A stretch of DNA of 64,000 nt from the human T2T-CHM13v2.0 reference genome, Homo sapiens. The stretch is taken from the NCBI RefSeq assembly GCF_009914755.1, contig NC_060933.1; one strand, 5' to 3'. The position numbers and the translations under genes are program-made. Positions 62,510-64,000 of the stretch are shown here, piece by piece. How positions within the stretch are numbered: the first letter of the stretch is position 1; each line of letters begins with the position of its first letter. Under the pieces are notes generated by a model, which searched no databases, was not told the DNA's origin, and saw nothing but the letters and a program-made list of their open reading frames with translations.

Positions 62510-62933
62510 TCTTCATACTTTTATTGTTCTACTAATCTAATCCTATATCAGACTGTCTTAATTACTTTTGTTTTAATATATACATGCATATGTGACATTA
62601 TAAATCTTATTCCCTTTCTCACATCATTCTTTTTCTTTTTTTTCTTAGCTGTTATCATGTGCCTAGTCTTCTAGATTCCTTTTGTGATAGTAACTTGAAT
62701 TCTTGAATTCCAGAATTCAAGTTACTTCCAAAAAATCCCACTGGAGTTCTGATTTAAAGCATTACATATTATGGATTAATTTGAAAGAATATATTCGTAA
62801 GGAACATATTTCTCTCCATTTACTCAGATCTTTTAAAATGTCCTTCAGTTAGAATTTTTAAACTTTTTCATTAAGGTACAAAACATTAACTTTATTCCTA
62901 GGTATTTTTCAATTTTGTCACAATTGAAAATGA

Positions 62934-63251
<318 letters not shown>

Positions 63252-64000
63252 CCTATTGTCTAATTTTTTAATGACTAGATGGATATACAAAGCTGCTGAC
63301 TTTAGGATATTTCTGCCTCTGACCACTTTGCACAACTCTTACCAGTTGGAATTCACTTGGATTTTAAGAAGAGAATCACGTGAATTTTGTTTCTTCCTTT
63401 CCAGTAGTTATTCCTAATTTTGTTTTCTTGGCTTGTTCCACTGGTAAGGTCTCCAGAATAATATTGAATATCAGCAGTTATCCTTGCCTTATTTCTGAAG
63501 TTTATACATTATCTAGTGTTTCACCATTAAATGTCAGTTTCTGATAAATTCTACTTATCAGGTTAGACAGTTCTTCCACTCTTAGCTTACTAAAAATCTT
63601 GAAAGATTAGCATGACTTATTCTCAGCAAATCTGTGCTGTTCCTAAGTCAACACTGCTTCCTTTACTAAGTGCTTACAAAAGACTCTGTTCTCAAACTTT
63701 CCTCAGTATTGCACTCCAGCTTATCAGCCTAGTTTTTGGAATTCATGTTCCAAAAAAAACTGTCCATCTACTTATCTAGCATTTTCCCAAGACTTTTTCA
63801 AAGGTATTGATGCTGACTCAGCAATGACAAGTGCAAATTTTCTCAGTGTTTTGGGAGACCATTTTTCTGAGCCTAAAGACTTGAGCTAATCAAAAAGCAG
63901 TAAAATATTTCCTGACTACTCTTTCTCTTATCTTGGACTTCAATTTTCTTCTGTTTGTTCTCTTCACTCTCTGCAGTTAGTATAGTGACTAGCTTCCTTG

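Overview
Human (primate) genomic DNA, recognised from translated exons as the 9q31.3 FRRS1L/EPB41L4B locus; both genes lie on the minus strand. The window holds the CpG-island first exon of FRRS1L (AMPA-receptor biogenesis factor) near 1983-2373. It also holds the last 11 coding exons and the 3' UTR of the long, 900-aa isoform of EPB41L4B (EHM2/Lulu2) from 52515 down to about 7055. All 11 exons have AG/GT boundaries and compatible phases and end in a class I PDZ-binding motif (MTEL*). The rest is intronic or intergenic: about 40 Alus, L1/L2/MIR, MaLR/ERVL LTRs, hAT DNA transposons, a U6 retrocopy and microsatellites. I see no prokaryote-style system and no convincing new gene. The most unusual signals are DNA-repair or retrotransposition fossils: a 60-bp segment copied from 1.4 kb away into an Alu linker, an Alu whose single TSD encloses a duplicated 5' end plus a foreign LTR fragment, a consensus-like AluYb9 and a 38-bp palindrome. 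Two splice architectures could switch the EPB41L4B C-terminus: a cluster of five donors behind an in-frame stop, and a 9-nt tandem acceptor. Repeat subfamily names and repeat boundaries are judged by eye and approximate.
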